Source: Calditrichia bacterium
Lineage (GTDB): Bacteria > Calditrichota > Calditrichia > RBG-13-44-9 > J075
Length of the DNA stretch: 64,000 nt
NCBI GenBank assembly: GCA_050633245.1
Contig: JBOEGD010000011.1
Location: 364,985 to 428,984, forward strand
Direction: 5' to 3'
The position numbers were made by a program, and so were the translations under genes. The notes below the pieces were generated by a model that searched no databases, was not told where the DNA came from, and saw only the letters and a program-made list of their open reading frames with translations. This document shows, piece by piece, positions 52,250 to 61,728 of the stretch (position 1 is its first letter; every line of letters begins with the position of its first letter).

Positions 52250-53720
52250 GATAGCGCTTAGAATCATGCGCACATGCCGTGAAATGGGAATTGCTACAGT
52301 TGCAGTGTTTTCAGAACCCGATCGCCTTTCCCCGCATGTTCTTTTTGCTGACGAGGCCTATTGTATAGGACCTGCCGCTGCTTCGGAAAGTTATTTAAGA
52401 ATGGATAAGCTAATCGACTGTGCCAAATTATGTGGCGCAGATGCGATTCATCCCGGTTATGGCTTTCTTTCAGAAAACGCAGCGTTCTCAAAGGCCGTAA
52501 GCGACGCGAATCTTATATTTGTCGGCCCACGCCCCCATACGATTTCGGCGATGGGGAGCAAAACAGAATCCCGCAAAATGATGATTGCTGCCGGTGTTCC
52601 TGTTGTTCCCGGTGCAAAGGGAGCCGTCGATTCACTGGATGAGGCAAAAGAGGTTGTCGCCTCAATTGGTGGATATCCGGCACTTATTAAAGCTGCTGCC
52701 GGAGGTGGTGGTAAGGGAATGCGCATTGTACATGCCGAGGAAGAGCTCGAAAGAGCACTTCAGGCTGCACGCGGGGAAGCTGCGAAAGCTTTTGGCGATG
52801 ATACCGTTTACGTCGAGAAATATCTTCAAGCTCCAAAACATATCGAAATACAAGTTATAGCAGACACCCATGGCAATGTCGTTCATCTGTGGGAACGCGA
52901 TTGCTCTATTCAACGTAGACATCAGAAGGTCATTGAAGAATGTCCTTCCCCGACCCTTAGTGATAGCCAACGACAACACCTTGGAAACATAGCAGTGCAA
53001 GCTGCAAAAGCCTGTGATTATATAAATGCCGGTACCGTTGAGTTTATTTATGACGGTAAAGAAAATTTCTATTTCCTTGAAATGAATACGCGCCTGCAGG
53101 TAGAGCATCCGGTAACTGAAATGGTGATGGGTGTAGATCTTGTCAGACTACAGTTGGAGGTTGCCGCAGGAGGCGTGTTACCTTTTAAACAGGATGAGCT
53201 CTCTCCGCGCGGTCATGCTATTGAGTGTCGAATAAACGCTGAAAATGTTTTTCAAAATTTTGTCCCGTCTACCGGAAAGATTTCGCATCTATCCTTGCCA
53301 AACGGTCCGGGAATACGTGTGGATAGCGGTGTAGATCAGCACTCTGAAGTGACCCCCTTCTACGATCCAATGATCGCAAAAATGATCGTTTATGCAGGCA
53401 ATCGCGATGATGCAATTGCCAGAATGCTTCGTGCTCTCCAGGAGTTCAGCATTTCCGGCATCGAGACGACCGTGCCATTTTGCCTGCGCACCCTTGCACA
53501 TCCAGAGTTCGTCGGTGGAAATTTTACTACAAAATTTATTGAGACCTATTGGGAAGATATGCAGCAGCAGGCACCTTCCAGTAACGATGAAATTGCTATT
53601 GCCACTGTGTTGACCCAGAAAAAGTCCGATTCCTCTACACAGTTTACATCTAGTAAAACCAGCGGTGCACAAGCATCCCGGTGGCAAATGCGAGCAACTC
53701 CAGGTTGGAGAAACCAATGA
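52212..53720 (+). CDS. accC: Biotin carboxylase subunit of an acyl-CoA carboxylase
   Basis: KILIANRGEIA, IHPGYGFLSEN, GGGGKGMR, ERDCSIQRRHQK, EMNTRLQVEHPVTE, YDPMIAK. Confidence 0.93.
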   Translation: MKISKILIANRGEIALRIMRTCREMGIATVAVFSEPDRLSPHVLFADEAYCIGPAAASESYLRMDKLIDCAKLCGADAIHPGYGFLSENAAFSKAVSDANLIFVGPRPHTISAMGSKTESRKMMIAAGVPVVPGAKGAVDSLDEAKEVVASIGGYPALIKAAAGGGGKGMRIVHAEEELERALQAARGEAAKAFGDDTVYVEKYLQAPKHIEIQVIADTHGNVVHLWERDCSIQRRHQKVIEECPSPTLSDSQRQHLGNIAVQAAKACDYINAGTVEFIYDGKENFYFLEMNTRLQVEHPVTEMVMGVDLVRLQLEVAAGGVLPFKQDELSPRGHAIECRINAENVFQNFVPSTGKISHLSLPNGPGIRVDSGVDQHSEVTPFYDPMIAKMIVYAGNRDDAIARMLRALQEFSISGIETTVPFCLRTLAHPEFVGGNFTTKFIETYWEDMQQQAPSSNDEIAIATVLTQKKSDSSTQFTSSKTSGAQASRWQMRATPGWRNQ

Positions 53721-54232
53721 GATACTACCTGCGCCGAGAAGAAGAATTTCTTCCAATAGAGCTTAGCGAAAATGGTAACGGCTATACCGTTATTATCGAC
53801 AATCAGAAGATGGATGTCGATGTTCGCCACATATCAGGTAATCGATACTCTGCGCTGGTTAACGGAAAATCCCATGTTTTATATTCCGAGCTGCATACCC
53901 AACAGAAAGCGCTGATTACGAATCATATTCGAACAGAATTAAGGCTTTTAAACGAACGCCAGAAGCTTGAAGCAGAACTATTTGGCGATTCAAACGAAAA
54001 CGTCGGCAGGGGAGAGGTAAGAGCTCCGATGCCTGGCATGATTCTTCGCGTCGAGGTTCTTGAAGGTGATAAAGTTGAGGCGGGACAACCGATATTGGTA
54101 ATGGAAGCAATGAAGATGGAGAACGAGATAAAAGCGGAAACTATGGGAGTCGTTACCGCGATTAAAATTGAAGCCGGTCAGGCAGTAGAGAAAGACGATT
54201 TGCTACTGTCCATCGGCGAAGATGAAGGCTAG
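53717..54232 (+). CDS. Biotin carboxyl carrier protein with N-terminal BT-like domain
   Basis: APMPG, EAMKMEN biotinylation motif; ATGA overlap with accC. Confidence 0.92.
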   Translation: MRYYLRREEEFLPIELSENGNGYTVIIDNQKMDVDVRHISGNRYSALVNGKSHVLYSELHTQQKALITNHIRTELRLLNERQKLEAELFGDSNENVGRGEVRAPMPGMILRVEVLEGDKVEAGQPILVMEAMKMENEIKAETMGVVTAIKIEAGQAVEKDDLLLSIGEDEG

Positions 54233-54252
54233 TTTGTGAGAGAAAGCTGCGA

Positions 54253-55422
54253 ATGAGGGGAAATCAATTGTTGTGTTGTAGCGGCTGGTTCGTAAGAGGC
54301 AGCCTATTGCTCGTGCTGAGTGCGATATTATTTCTATCTTGTGGAAGTGGCGTTAACGCCCAACGAGAAAACGCAATAAAATCTGCACAGAAGGCGGTGC
54401 TTGCCAACCCCGGCAATACCAACGCTGTTCGCGAGTTGGGCATATTGTATTATGAGGCTGGTGAATTTCAAAAATCTCGGGCCCTGCTACAGAAGGTATT
54501 GACAAACACATCGGACGATCTCCGCTGTCGTTCGTATCTGGGATTAACCTACGAAGCACTGAATATGACTGACAAAGCACTGGATTTGTATACCGCTCCC
54601 GTTCTACAGAGTTCACCCTATGGGAATTGGTTGTTGGGAAGACAGAAAATCCTGAAAAGACAGCAGGCTCACGGAATCCTACGGTCTCGCATAGAAGAAG
54701 TAAAGATTGAAGAAACATCACTTAGCAACCAGAGTATCGTTGTGGCGCCGGTAACGTATCATGGCAAAAAGAGCAAATATGAGAGTCTTTCAACTGGAAT
54801 AACTGCATTGTTCACACATGCACTTGGCAAATTGAATGCAGTAACTGTCGCCGATCATTTTGAGGTTGAACTCACTTCTTCCATTATCCAGGCACAATCC
54901 GATTCGGATTTAAGAGAAAAACCGCTCTCTATTATGGGAGAGGTCTTTTCAAGCGCCACGCTGGTAAAATGTAATTACAATATCGTAGACGATCGCCAGA
55001 TCGTTCTGGATGTTGCCTATTGGAATCTCAATAAGGAAGGATTACCAACAGCAAAAACCTACCTGGCTCCGCTGGATGGTGGGCTTGCTGTAATCAGGCA
55101 GGATGTGGTTGCCGATCTTCGCACTTTTATTGCTCATTCAGAAGGTGAGCCGTTCTTTCAGGCTCGTATAGACAAGGATGCCTTTACTTACTTTTGCAGT
55201 GGAATTATAAACAATCTCGACAGCAATTTTGAAAAGAGTCAAAACGCTTTCGACAAAGCTCTTGAGAACAATCCACAATTTGAACTCTGTGCATTTTTTC
55301 GCGACCAGAATCAGCTTATGCTCGATGCGAGTAAAACACCACGAGAATTGGGACTTCTGCCTGAAGCAGCCTCAGCTTCCCTGAATGGTATTCAAGACCA
55401 TACGTTTAATCTGCGGCAGTGA
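54253..55422 (+). CDS. TPR lipoprotein with CsgG/TolB_N-like domain
   Basis: FLS-C lipobox; TPR helices (LGILYYEAGEF, LGLTYEA); IVVAP....YESLSTGITALFTHALGKL..VTVAD. Confidence 0.65.
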   Translation: MRGNQLLCCSGWFVRGSLLLVLSAILFLSCGSGVNAQRENAIKSAQKAVLANPGNTNAVRELGILYYEAGEFQKSRALLQKVLTNTSDDLRCRSYLGLTYEALNMTDKALDLYTAPVLQSSPYGNWLLGRQKILKRQQAHGILRSRIEEVKIEETSLSNQSIVVAPVTYHGKKSKYESLSTGITALFTHALGKLNAVTVADHFEVELTSSIIQAQSDSDLREKPLSIMGEVFSSATLVKCNYNIVDDRQIVLDVAYWNLNKEGLPTAKTYLAPLDGGLAVIRQDVVADLRTFIAHSEGEPFFQARIDKDAFTYFCSGIINNLDSNFEKSQNAFDKALENNPQFELCAFFRDQNQLMLDASKTPRELGLLPEAASASLNGIQDHTFNLRQ

Positions 55423-58400
55423 TTTCCAAAGCCCTTTTTGCCACATTCCGGACAACAGGAAATATCTGTTGGTGCTAGGTTTTCCCGACGAATTATTATT
55501 GTTGCCGGCATTCCCATCTCCGAACCCGTCCAGTCGGGCTCTTCATTACCACTGTGCTCAATGCCATTACCGTCTTGCCAAAACAACGCATAATCATTGT
55601 GCATCTTATTCTTTAAAAAGGCGCTCAGCAGTTTCGAATAACTCCACCAATGTTTAATAGATTCTAAGCCTCCTATTGGTAAAAAGCGTATCAGCTTAAC
55701 CGGGAATTCATGCTGCTCCAAATCCTGAGATTCTTCCATCACTCCAAAAATTCTATTCATGCTGAACATGGTATTTTGACAGGAAATCCCCTTGAAATAA
55801 TGAATATTAATTGCCCAATCCAGATTTTCACTGTTGTCCGATTTCTGAAAGTCCTTACGGAGTAGTAAGCTATTCAAGATTATCGCCAGTTGTCCCGGCC
55901 CATTGCCTCCCTGTGAACAGCAGAAAATGCGCGCTAATGGCTGTTTGTCAACAGACAGTGTATTGGAAGAGCTTACCGGCACACTAGAGCAACATTGATA
56001 GTTACGCGCATGTCGAAGCGGCGTGGTTCTATCTGTATCAACAGGAGCTTCGCCATTCTTTAAGACATCGGAGTTGTTCGCGATAATATAGTCCTGATAA
56101 GAGGCGATACGGCATAGATTCATTCCGGGACAGGCGAGCTTTCCTTTACCGCCATCCTCTGCTTCATTTATCACTTTGTCGAATAACATTCCCTTGAACT
56201 CTGCAACGGTATTGGCCTTTCCCGCTTCGCGAACGGTCAGGCGATCTATCACTTCATTCACACCAATGCCTACAGGATCGTTTATTGCTTCCAAATGACC
56301 TTGGATGTGTCTACCCAGCGGATTGTCTGACAGGGGTGTTTCTAAAGGCGCAGGATCTACGTAATTCTTGCCATCGTTAACATATAATCGAGAAACCGCT
56401 GCCTGACCATTCTCGGACGTCTTTGATATTATTGCCTTGTCAACAGTAGAAAGAGTCGCATAGCCGGTTAGATAGAAATTACTGCTGTCCAGATCATCGA
56501 TGATATTTCGCAGATATTGAAAAGAGGGCAGCATAAAGGCTGGCTCTCCGGCAACATTTTCCGGGATTTTTGTTTTTCCAAAACGCAAATTAGCCAGCTT
56601 GGCCAGGTAATCCGCCAATGCACCGGGTCTGTTTGGCAAACAACTATTAAGTTCAAGAAATCGACCGTATTCCGGAGCAGCATCCTCATCATATTTCGAA
56701 AGCAGGCTTCGTCTCGCACTGCCGACAATTTCCTCCGTATCGGCCATAGAGTCTACAATAGAGCCGCCTTTTAACTCTCCAGTAAAATGTGAATATCTGG
56801 CATGTGTTGGATAGAACGGCGACATAGCAAGCGGTTCGCTATATAAACCCGATAATGAATCATAGTAGCGTGAATAATCGCCCAAACGATGTTTTTCATG
56901 CTTGTCGCCTTCAGTCGTCGCCAGCAAAAGAAGAGGCAGTGGTAAATTCTCCGAACTCTTCAACCTTTCCAGGCTTCGTATGCAGCGGGAAAGAATCATC
57001 GGGGCTGCGTTGTCTTCATGATTGATTATTAAGATATCAGGTTTTTGATCTAATATGCATGCTTCAATCGCAGCATTGTCACCATCATTTAGAATGCGCG
57101 TCTTTAGTTGCGGATAACTATTTTCCCGGGTTTTATCTATGGAAGCAGAGAAGCGGCCACCGGTTACGAATCCTTCCGCCCATACATGTGTAAAGGCCCC
57201 ATTGGCCTTTTCTCTTAAAGTTGGATATACAGAAACACCTGTATCCAGCAGAATGAAAGCGAAGTTGCGCTCGATTGTCTGAGACTTTGTCAGGTGATCT
57301 CCGGGGAAGTAGGCATAAATGGTTTCAAGCATGTAGTGGTTACTCTTGTTATTGCCAACAACCAATACCTTGGGCCACTTGTCTAAACGTTTAACAGCAC
57401 GCACTTTTTGCATGGCAGCCCAGAGGCGATAGCCAAGCGTATTACCCTGGCTATGCTTCGGATATACCAATACAATTTGACGATGTCTGGCCCGATAGGT
57501 TAGATACGAAATTTGGTCGCTGCGGCTAACGCAGATTATCGCACGAACATTTGCTCTGCTGGCACGATCAAAAATTTCCTGTACGCTTGCTTCATCCGGC
57601 ACCGTGCAAATGGCCAGCTTTGCTCGCTCAAAATTTACGCGGCTGCTTATTACCGGTTTGCTGGCTTCACCAAGGATGAACGGTACTAAAATTCGCTTCT
57701 CAGGGTGAATAAGTGCTCCAGTAGGATCCTTACTGATATACATTTCTTCAAGTGTGCTTACAACGCCAAACTGGCCGAGTAATTCGGAGTCGGCAGAATA
57801 GATCATATCATTGGGATTACGTTCTACAACAACGAGCTGGCTACATAATTGTTCAAGTCGGACGTCTGGTGTAACCACTTCCATCAGATGCTTCTCGGCG
57901 TCTGTGTTGAGTAATTGTCTTGCTTCTCGGCGCAGAATACGACGACCAAGACTCCCCAAACCGACAACAACCGTATGCCCTTGAATTAGTAGAAGCAAAT
58001 TTTCTACTCGCCTGTGGAAGTATTCCCCAAACGTCGAATCTGGTAACACTGCTGCCTTTGTGAGTGGACTGAACCATGCAAAGAAAACCCCCAGCGCCAG
58101 TACAACCTGATCGGCCTGAACAATAACGTTGAGCAACTCGTATTGTTTTGCCGCCACAAAAAATATGGGTGTCATAAAGAACACAGATGAAAGAATTAAC
58201 CCGCCGGGTAGCAGCACCGGGTTGCGCAAAAGCATGGCAATAGCAAAGTGCCATAAATAACGATGCGATCGAAAGATCACGCCGTGAACATCTCTTTCAT
58301 GAAAGGTGACCGAGATTAAAACGCTGCTCATCAAACGATGGCCCAGGCAAGCCCAAAGGAAAAACAGCAACGCAGAGAACAGGGAACAGCAAAACCAGGT

Positions 58401-59102
58401 AAGCATCTCCATTTGGAGCTGAAGAGGTTTATCTGCCTGACTAAACATCCGCGAGGGTTGCATGGAAAACATATCCTGACCGGCGGAGGCTAACACCCAG
58501 AGCTCTATAACCAGAACGCCGAGTAATACCATAAATAGTGAGAGTGAATCGAACCAAAGCCAACGCTCAGAATATTTGCGCGCCTGGGGGGAGGTCCCGG
58601 CTCGTATATCACGTGATGCGGTCCGCTTAAGATTAAATCCGGCAAGTACCAAATAGATAATCGAAACCGAGATTAACAGCCCCCAATAGAATTGCGATAA
58701 ATCCATAACAGGCGAATGTTCACTCAAGAACGTTGTTGCGAGATGATGCGGGAAAAACAAAAAGACCATTCCAATAAGAAGGATATTCCGAACATACATA
58801 ATGCCATTTTCAATGCGTTCAGATTCGTAAATAATCGCCAAAAAGTTGGGAACCCATAGAAGGATCTGAAAAGACAATAAGAGTAAGGCGTGTAGCAATG
58901 CAACAGAAAGCTGATGCTGCGGAAGTCCGTAGGTGAACAGAAAACGACTGAAGCTATAGCTCAACAGCGTTGTGAGAAGCACCGGCAATATGAACATAAA
59001 AAGAACAAACCGGCGCTTATCTCCACGATTTCTAAGGGGAAATTCAATACCCTTATTAAGAATCTTGCGTTTGTCTGGGACCAGATTTACTGTTTGAGGC
59101 AT
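55392..59102 (-). CDS. Large uncharacterised membrane protein: multi-TM N-terminus, RCK/TrkA-N-like and ACT-like motifs, Cys-rich C-terminus
   Basis: AAGGAG RBS before ATG 59102 (1236 aa); about 8 hydrophobic segments; GHTVVVGLGSLGRRI; KVLVVGNNK; LPNRPGALA; GNGPGQLA; terminal CCPECG. Confidence 0.75.
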   Translation of the reverse strand: MPQTVNLVPDKRKILNKGIEFPLRNRGDKRRFVLFMFILPVLLTTLLSYSFSRFLFTYGLPQHQLSVALLHALLLLSFQILLWVPNFLAIIYESERIENGIMYVRNILLIGMVFLFFPHHLATTFLSEHSPVMDLSQFYWGLLISVSIIYLVLAGFNLKRTASRDIRAGTSPQARKYSERWLWFDSLSLFMVLLGVLVIELWVLASAGQDMFSMQPSRMFSQADKPLQLQMEMLTWFCCSLFSALLFFLWACLGHRLMSSVLISVTFHERDVHGVIFRSHRYLWHFAIAMLLRNPVLLPGGLILSSVFFMTPIFFVAAKQYELLNVIVQADQVVLALGVFFAWFSPLTKAAVLPDSTFGEYFHRRVENLLLLIQGHTVVVGLGSLGRRILRREARQLLNTDAEKHLMEVVTPDVRLEQLCSQLVVVERNPNDMIYSADSELLGQFGVVSTLEEMYISKDPTGALIHPEKRILVPFILGEASKPVISSRVNFERAKLAICTVPDEASVQEIFDRASRANVRAIICVSRSDQISYLTYRARHRQIVLVYPKHSQGNTLGYRLWAAMQKVRAVKRLDKWPKVLVVGNNKSNHYMLETIYAYFPGDHLTKSQTIERNFAFILLDTGVSVYPTLREKANGAFTHVWAEGFVTGGRFSASIDKTRENSYPQLKTRILNDGDNAAIEACILDQKPDILIINHEDNAAPMILSRCIRSLERLKSSENLPLPLLLLATTEGDKHEKHRLGDYSRYYDSLSGLYSEPLAMSPFYPTHARYSHFTGELKGGSIVDSMADTEEIVGSARRSLLSKYDEDAAPEYGRFLELNSCLPNRPGALADYLAKLANLRFGKTKIPENVAGEPAFMLPSFQYLRNIIDDLDSSNFYLTGYATLSTVDKAIISKTSENGQAAVSRLYVNDGKNYVDPAPLETPLSDNPLGRHIQGHLEAINDPVGIGVNEVIDRLTVREAGKANTVAEFKGMLFDKVINEAEDGGKGKLACPGMNLCRIASYQDYIIANNSDVLKNGEAPVDTDRTTPLRHARNYQCCSSVPVSSSNTLSVDKQPLARIFCCSQGGNGPGQLAIILNSLLLRKDFQKSDNSENLDWAINIHYFKGISCQNTMFSMNRIFGVMEESQDLEQHEFPVKLIRFLPIGGLESIKHWWSYSKLLSAFLKNKMHNDYALFWQDGNGIEHSGNEEPDWTGSEMGMPATIIIRRENLAPTDISCCPECGKKGFGNHCRRLNVWS

Positions 59103-59128
59103 ACATCTCCTTTGGGAGGTCAAACAGA

Positions 59129-60106
59129 TCAGGTAGCCAGGAGGTCCTCCAAAAAAACAGCCGCCCTGGTTTCCGACCAATATTCATTTTCCGAATTCAG
59201 CTGAACAAAGCCGACGTGTCCACCATGCTCCGGTATCTCAAGAGACACATGTGGATTTGCTTCAGCTTCAACAATGGGATAGCAAGCTTGGGGGAGAAAG
59301 GGATCGTTTTGGGCATTTACGATCAGTGTTGGCACAGCAATATCGGGGATAAATTGTTTACTGCTGCATTTAGAATAATAGTCCTCTGCATCTTTGTAGC
59401 CATGCAGCGGTGCAGTATATCGATCATCGAAATCGGCTAAAGATTTAATGCTGGCGTAGTGGTAATCATTTATTTGTCCGGGCATCAGCTTCATCTTAAT
59501 ACGAACTTTTTCACGAAGTTTTAGCAAGAATCGTTTACGATAGATGTAGTTTGTGGGAAGCTGAAGCTGTTTACAGGATGCACTAAGGTCGCAGGGAACT
59601 GAAAAAACTGCACCGCCACGAACTTGAGCAGGAAGAGTTGTTCCTTGTTCACCAAGGTACTTAAGTGTGATGTTGCCACCCATACTAAAACCAGCCAGGA
59701 CAATAGAGCGATAAGAGCAGGTTTTTACAATGTGTTGAATAACGGTATGCAGATCGTCGCTGGAACCACTGTTGTAATAGCGCAACAGGCGATTGGGTTC
59801 GCCACTGCATCCTCGGCAATTCAGACCGGCGGCATCAATGCCACGTTTGTTAAAAGCCTTGGCAATTCCAAGGACATACTCACGTTCGGCGTTTCCTTCA
59901 AGGCCATGCGAAACCAGCAGCAATGAGTCACTGCCGACTCGCGACCAATCCAAGTCGACGAAATCGCCATCAGGTGTATCAATACGCTCACGTCGATAAG
60001 CGATACCATCTACCCGACGTCTAAGATTCGGGTAGATCGTTTGCATGTGTCCATTCCACAGAAAACGTGGTGGCCGATAGGTTTCAAAGACAGCAGTTAC
60101 ACTCAT
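59129..60106 (-). CDS. YheT-family alpha/beta hydrolase
   Basis: NGHMQTI, PDGDFVDLDW, HGLEG, RGCSGEPN, GFSMGGN, NAQNDPF, GGHVGF. Confidence 0.92.
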   Translation of the reverse strand: MSVTAVFETYRPPRFLWNGHMQTIYPNLRRRVDGIAYRRERIDTPDGDFVDLDWSRVGSDSLLLVSHGLEGNAEREYVLGIAKAFNKRGIDAAGLNCRGCSGEPNRLLRYYNSGSSDDLHTVIQHIVKTCSYRSIVLAGFSMGGNITLKYLGEQGTTLPAQVRGGAVFSVPCDLSASCKQLQLPTNYIYRKRFLLKLREKVRIKMKLMPGQINDYHYASIKSLADFDDRYTAPLHGYKDAEDYYSKCSSKQFIPDIAVPTLIVNAQNDPFLPQACYPIVEAEANPHVSLEIPEHGGHVGFVQLNSENEYWSETRAAVFLEDLLAT

Positions 60107-60120
60107 TATCGCACTGTTTT

Positions 60121-61689
60121 TTAGACTTCAAGCAGCATTCTTGCCGGATCTTCCAGTAGCTCCTTCACGCGCACTAAAAAGCTGACGGATTCTTTACCGT
60201 CAACTATTCTGTGATCATAGGAGAGGGCCAGATACATCATGGGCCTGGCAACGATTTCACCATTCACAACAACCGGTCGTTGTTCAATCTTGTGCATTCC
60301 GAGAATGGCGGATTGAGGAGCATTAATGATCGGTGTAGACATTAGCGAACCAAATATACCACCATTCGTAATGGTAAACGTTCCACCGGTCATTTCCTCG
60401 ATACTTAGCTTGCCATCACGCGCTTTTATTGCCAAATCCATAATGGTCTTTTCGATGTCGGCAAGAGAAAGTTTGTCTGCATTTCTTACAACCGGCACTA
60501 CAAGACCTCGCGGACTGGATACAGCAATCGAAACATCGCAGTAATTGTGATAAATAATATGGTTATCTTCGATGCGTCCATTAACGCTTGGCCACTCGCT
60601 GGCAGCGATACAAACGGCCCGCGTAAATAAAGACATGAAGCCGAGTTTTATACCATACTTCTCTTTAAACATCTCTTTATACTTTGCGCGGGTCTCCATA
60701 ATTCCGGTCATATCTATTTCATTGAACGTGGTAAGCATAGCAGTTTGGTTCTTCACTTCGACCAGTCGTCGCGCAATCGTTTTACGCAATGAAGACATCC
60801 GCTCTCGTTTTTCAGATCGCTCACCGACAATTTCAGCAGCAGGCGCTACCGGCGGAGTAGGGGAGGAGCTCTGTGCAGCTGGGGGAGCAGCCGGAGCACT
60901 GGATTTGGAGTCACGTGCCTTGATGGCGTCTTCCTTTAGAATTTTACCACCCGGGCCAGAGCCGGCAACCTTATCAGGATCTATCCCGGCTTCGGCAAGA
61001 ATGTTTGCCGCAACCGGTGTGACCTTTGCATGTCCTGCATCAGCCGCAGTGCCATTTGATGCAGGTGCATTCACGACAGGTTGTGTTGCCAGTGGAGCAG
61101 ATGTCGAGACACTGCCACCCGGAGTGATTTCCGCTATAGTATCGCCGATTTCCACCACATCACCCTCGGCGGCTTGCTGTTTAAGAACGCCGGCTACTTC
61201 AGCAGGGAGTTCAAAAGACGCTTTATCTGATTCAATCTCGCAGATCAGATCACCTTCGGCCACAGCTTCACCGTCTTTTTTCAGCCATTGAGCGATCGTT
61301 ACTTCAGTAATAGATTCCCCAACGGTTGGCACCGTGATAGCCAGCGGAGCTCCAACGGATTGAGTTGTTTTTGCTTTTGATTGCGGAGGCGGATCAGCTG
61401 ACTTGGCTACAGCTGGAGCAGCAATTTTCTCTTCCTTTTTAGGTGCAGGCTTGCTGCCGCCTTCTTCAATGCTACCAACGCTGGCACCTATGGCCAGAAC
61501 GTCGCCTTCTGCAGCATTTACGCGTAGAATACCGGTTGCTTCAGCAGGTAATTCAAAGGAAGCTTTGTCAGATTCAATTTCACAAATCAGATCACCTTCG
61601 TTTACGAAGTCACCGTCGTTCTTCAACCACTGGGCAATTGTTACTTCAGTTATCGATTCACCGACAGTCGGGATCTTGATATCGTACAT
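60121..61689 (-). CDS. sucB: 2-oxoglutarate dehydrogenase E2 (dihydrolipoamide succinyltransferase) with two lipoyl domains
   Basis: Two PTVGESITE...IESDKAS lipoyl domains, E3-binding [35 protein letters not shown]. Confidence 0.96.
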   Translation of the reverse strand: MYDIKIPTVGESITEVTIAQWLKNDGDFVNEGDLICEIESDKASFELPAEATGILRVNAAEGDVLAIGASVGSIEEGGSKPAPKKEEKIAAPAVAKSADPPPQSKAKTTQSVGAPLAITVPTVGESITEVTIAQWLKKDGEAVAEGDLICEIESDKASFELPAEVAGVLKQQAAEGDVVEIGDTIAEITPGGSVSTSAPLATQPVVNAPASNGTAADAGHAKVTPVAANILAEAGIDPDKVAGSGPGGKILKEDAIKARDSKSSAPAAPPAAQSSSPTPPVAPAAEIVGERSEKRERMSSLRKTIARRLVEVKNQTAMLTTFNEIDMTGIMETRAKYKEMFKEKYGIKLGFMSLFTRAVCIAASEWPSVNGRIEDNHIIYHNYCDVSIAVSSPRGLVVPVVRNADKLSLADIEKTIMDLAIKARDGKLSIEEMTGGTFTITNGGIFGSLMSTPIINAPQSAILGMHKIEQRPVVVNGEIVARPMMYLALSYDHRIVDGKESVSFLVRVKELLEDPARMLLEV

Positions 61690-61728
61690 TCTCAGGTCCT
61701 TTCAATTCCACTTGTTGCGGAATTCGAA

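Noticed and set aside
55392-59102. Calling the large membrane protein a potassium channel
   Set aside because: No TVGYG/GYGD selectivity filter found, so the permeant, if any, cannot be assigned
59103-59180. Upstream start of the 1262-aa ORF
   Set aside because: Overlaps yheT; ATG 59102 has a clear AAGGAG RBS
60572-61291. 239-aa plus-strand ORF
   Set aside because: Antisense shadow of the Ala/Pro-rich sucB region
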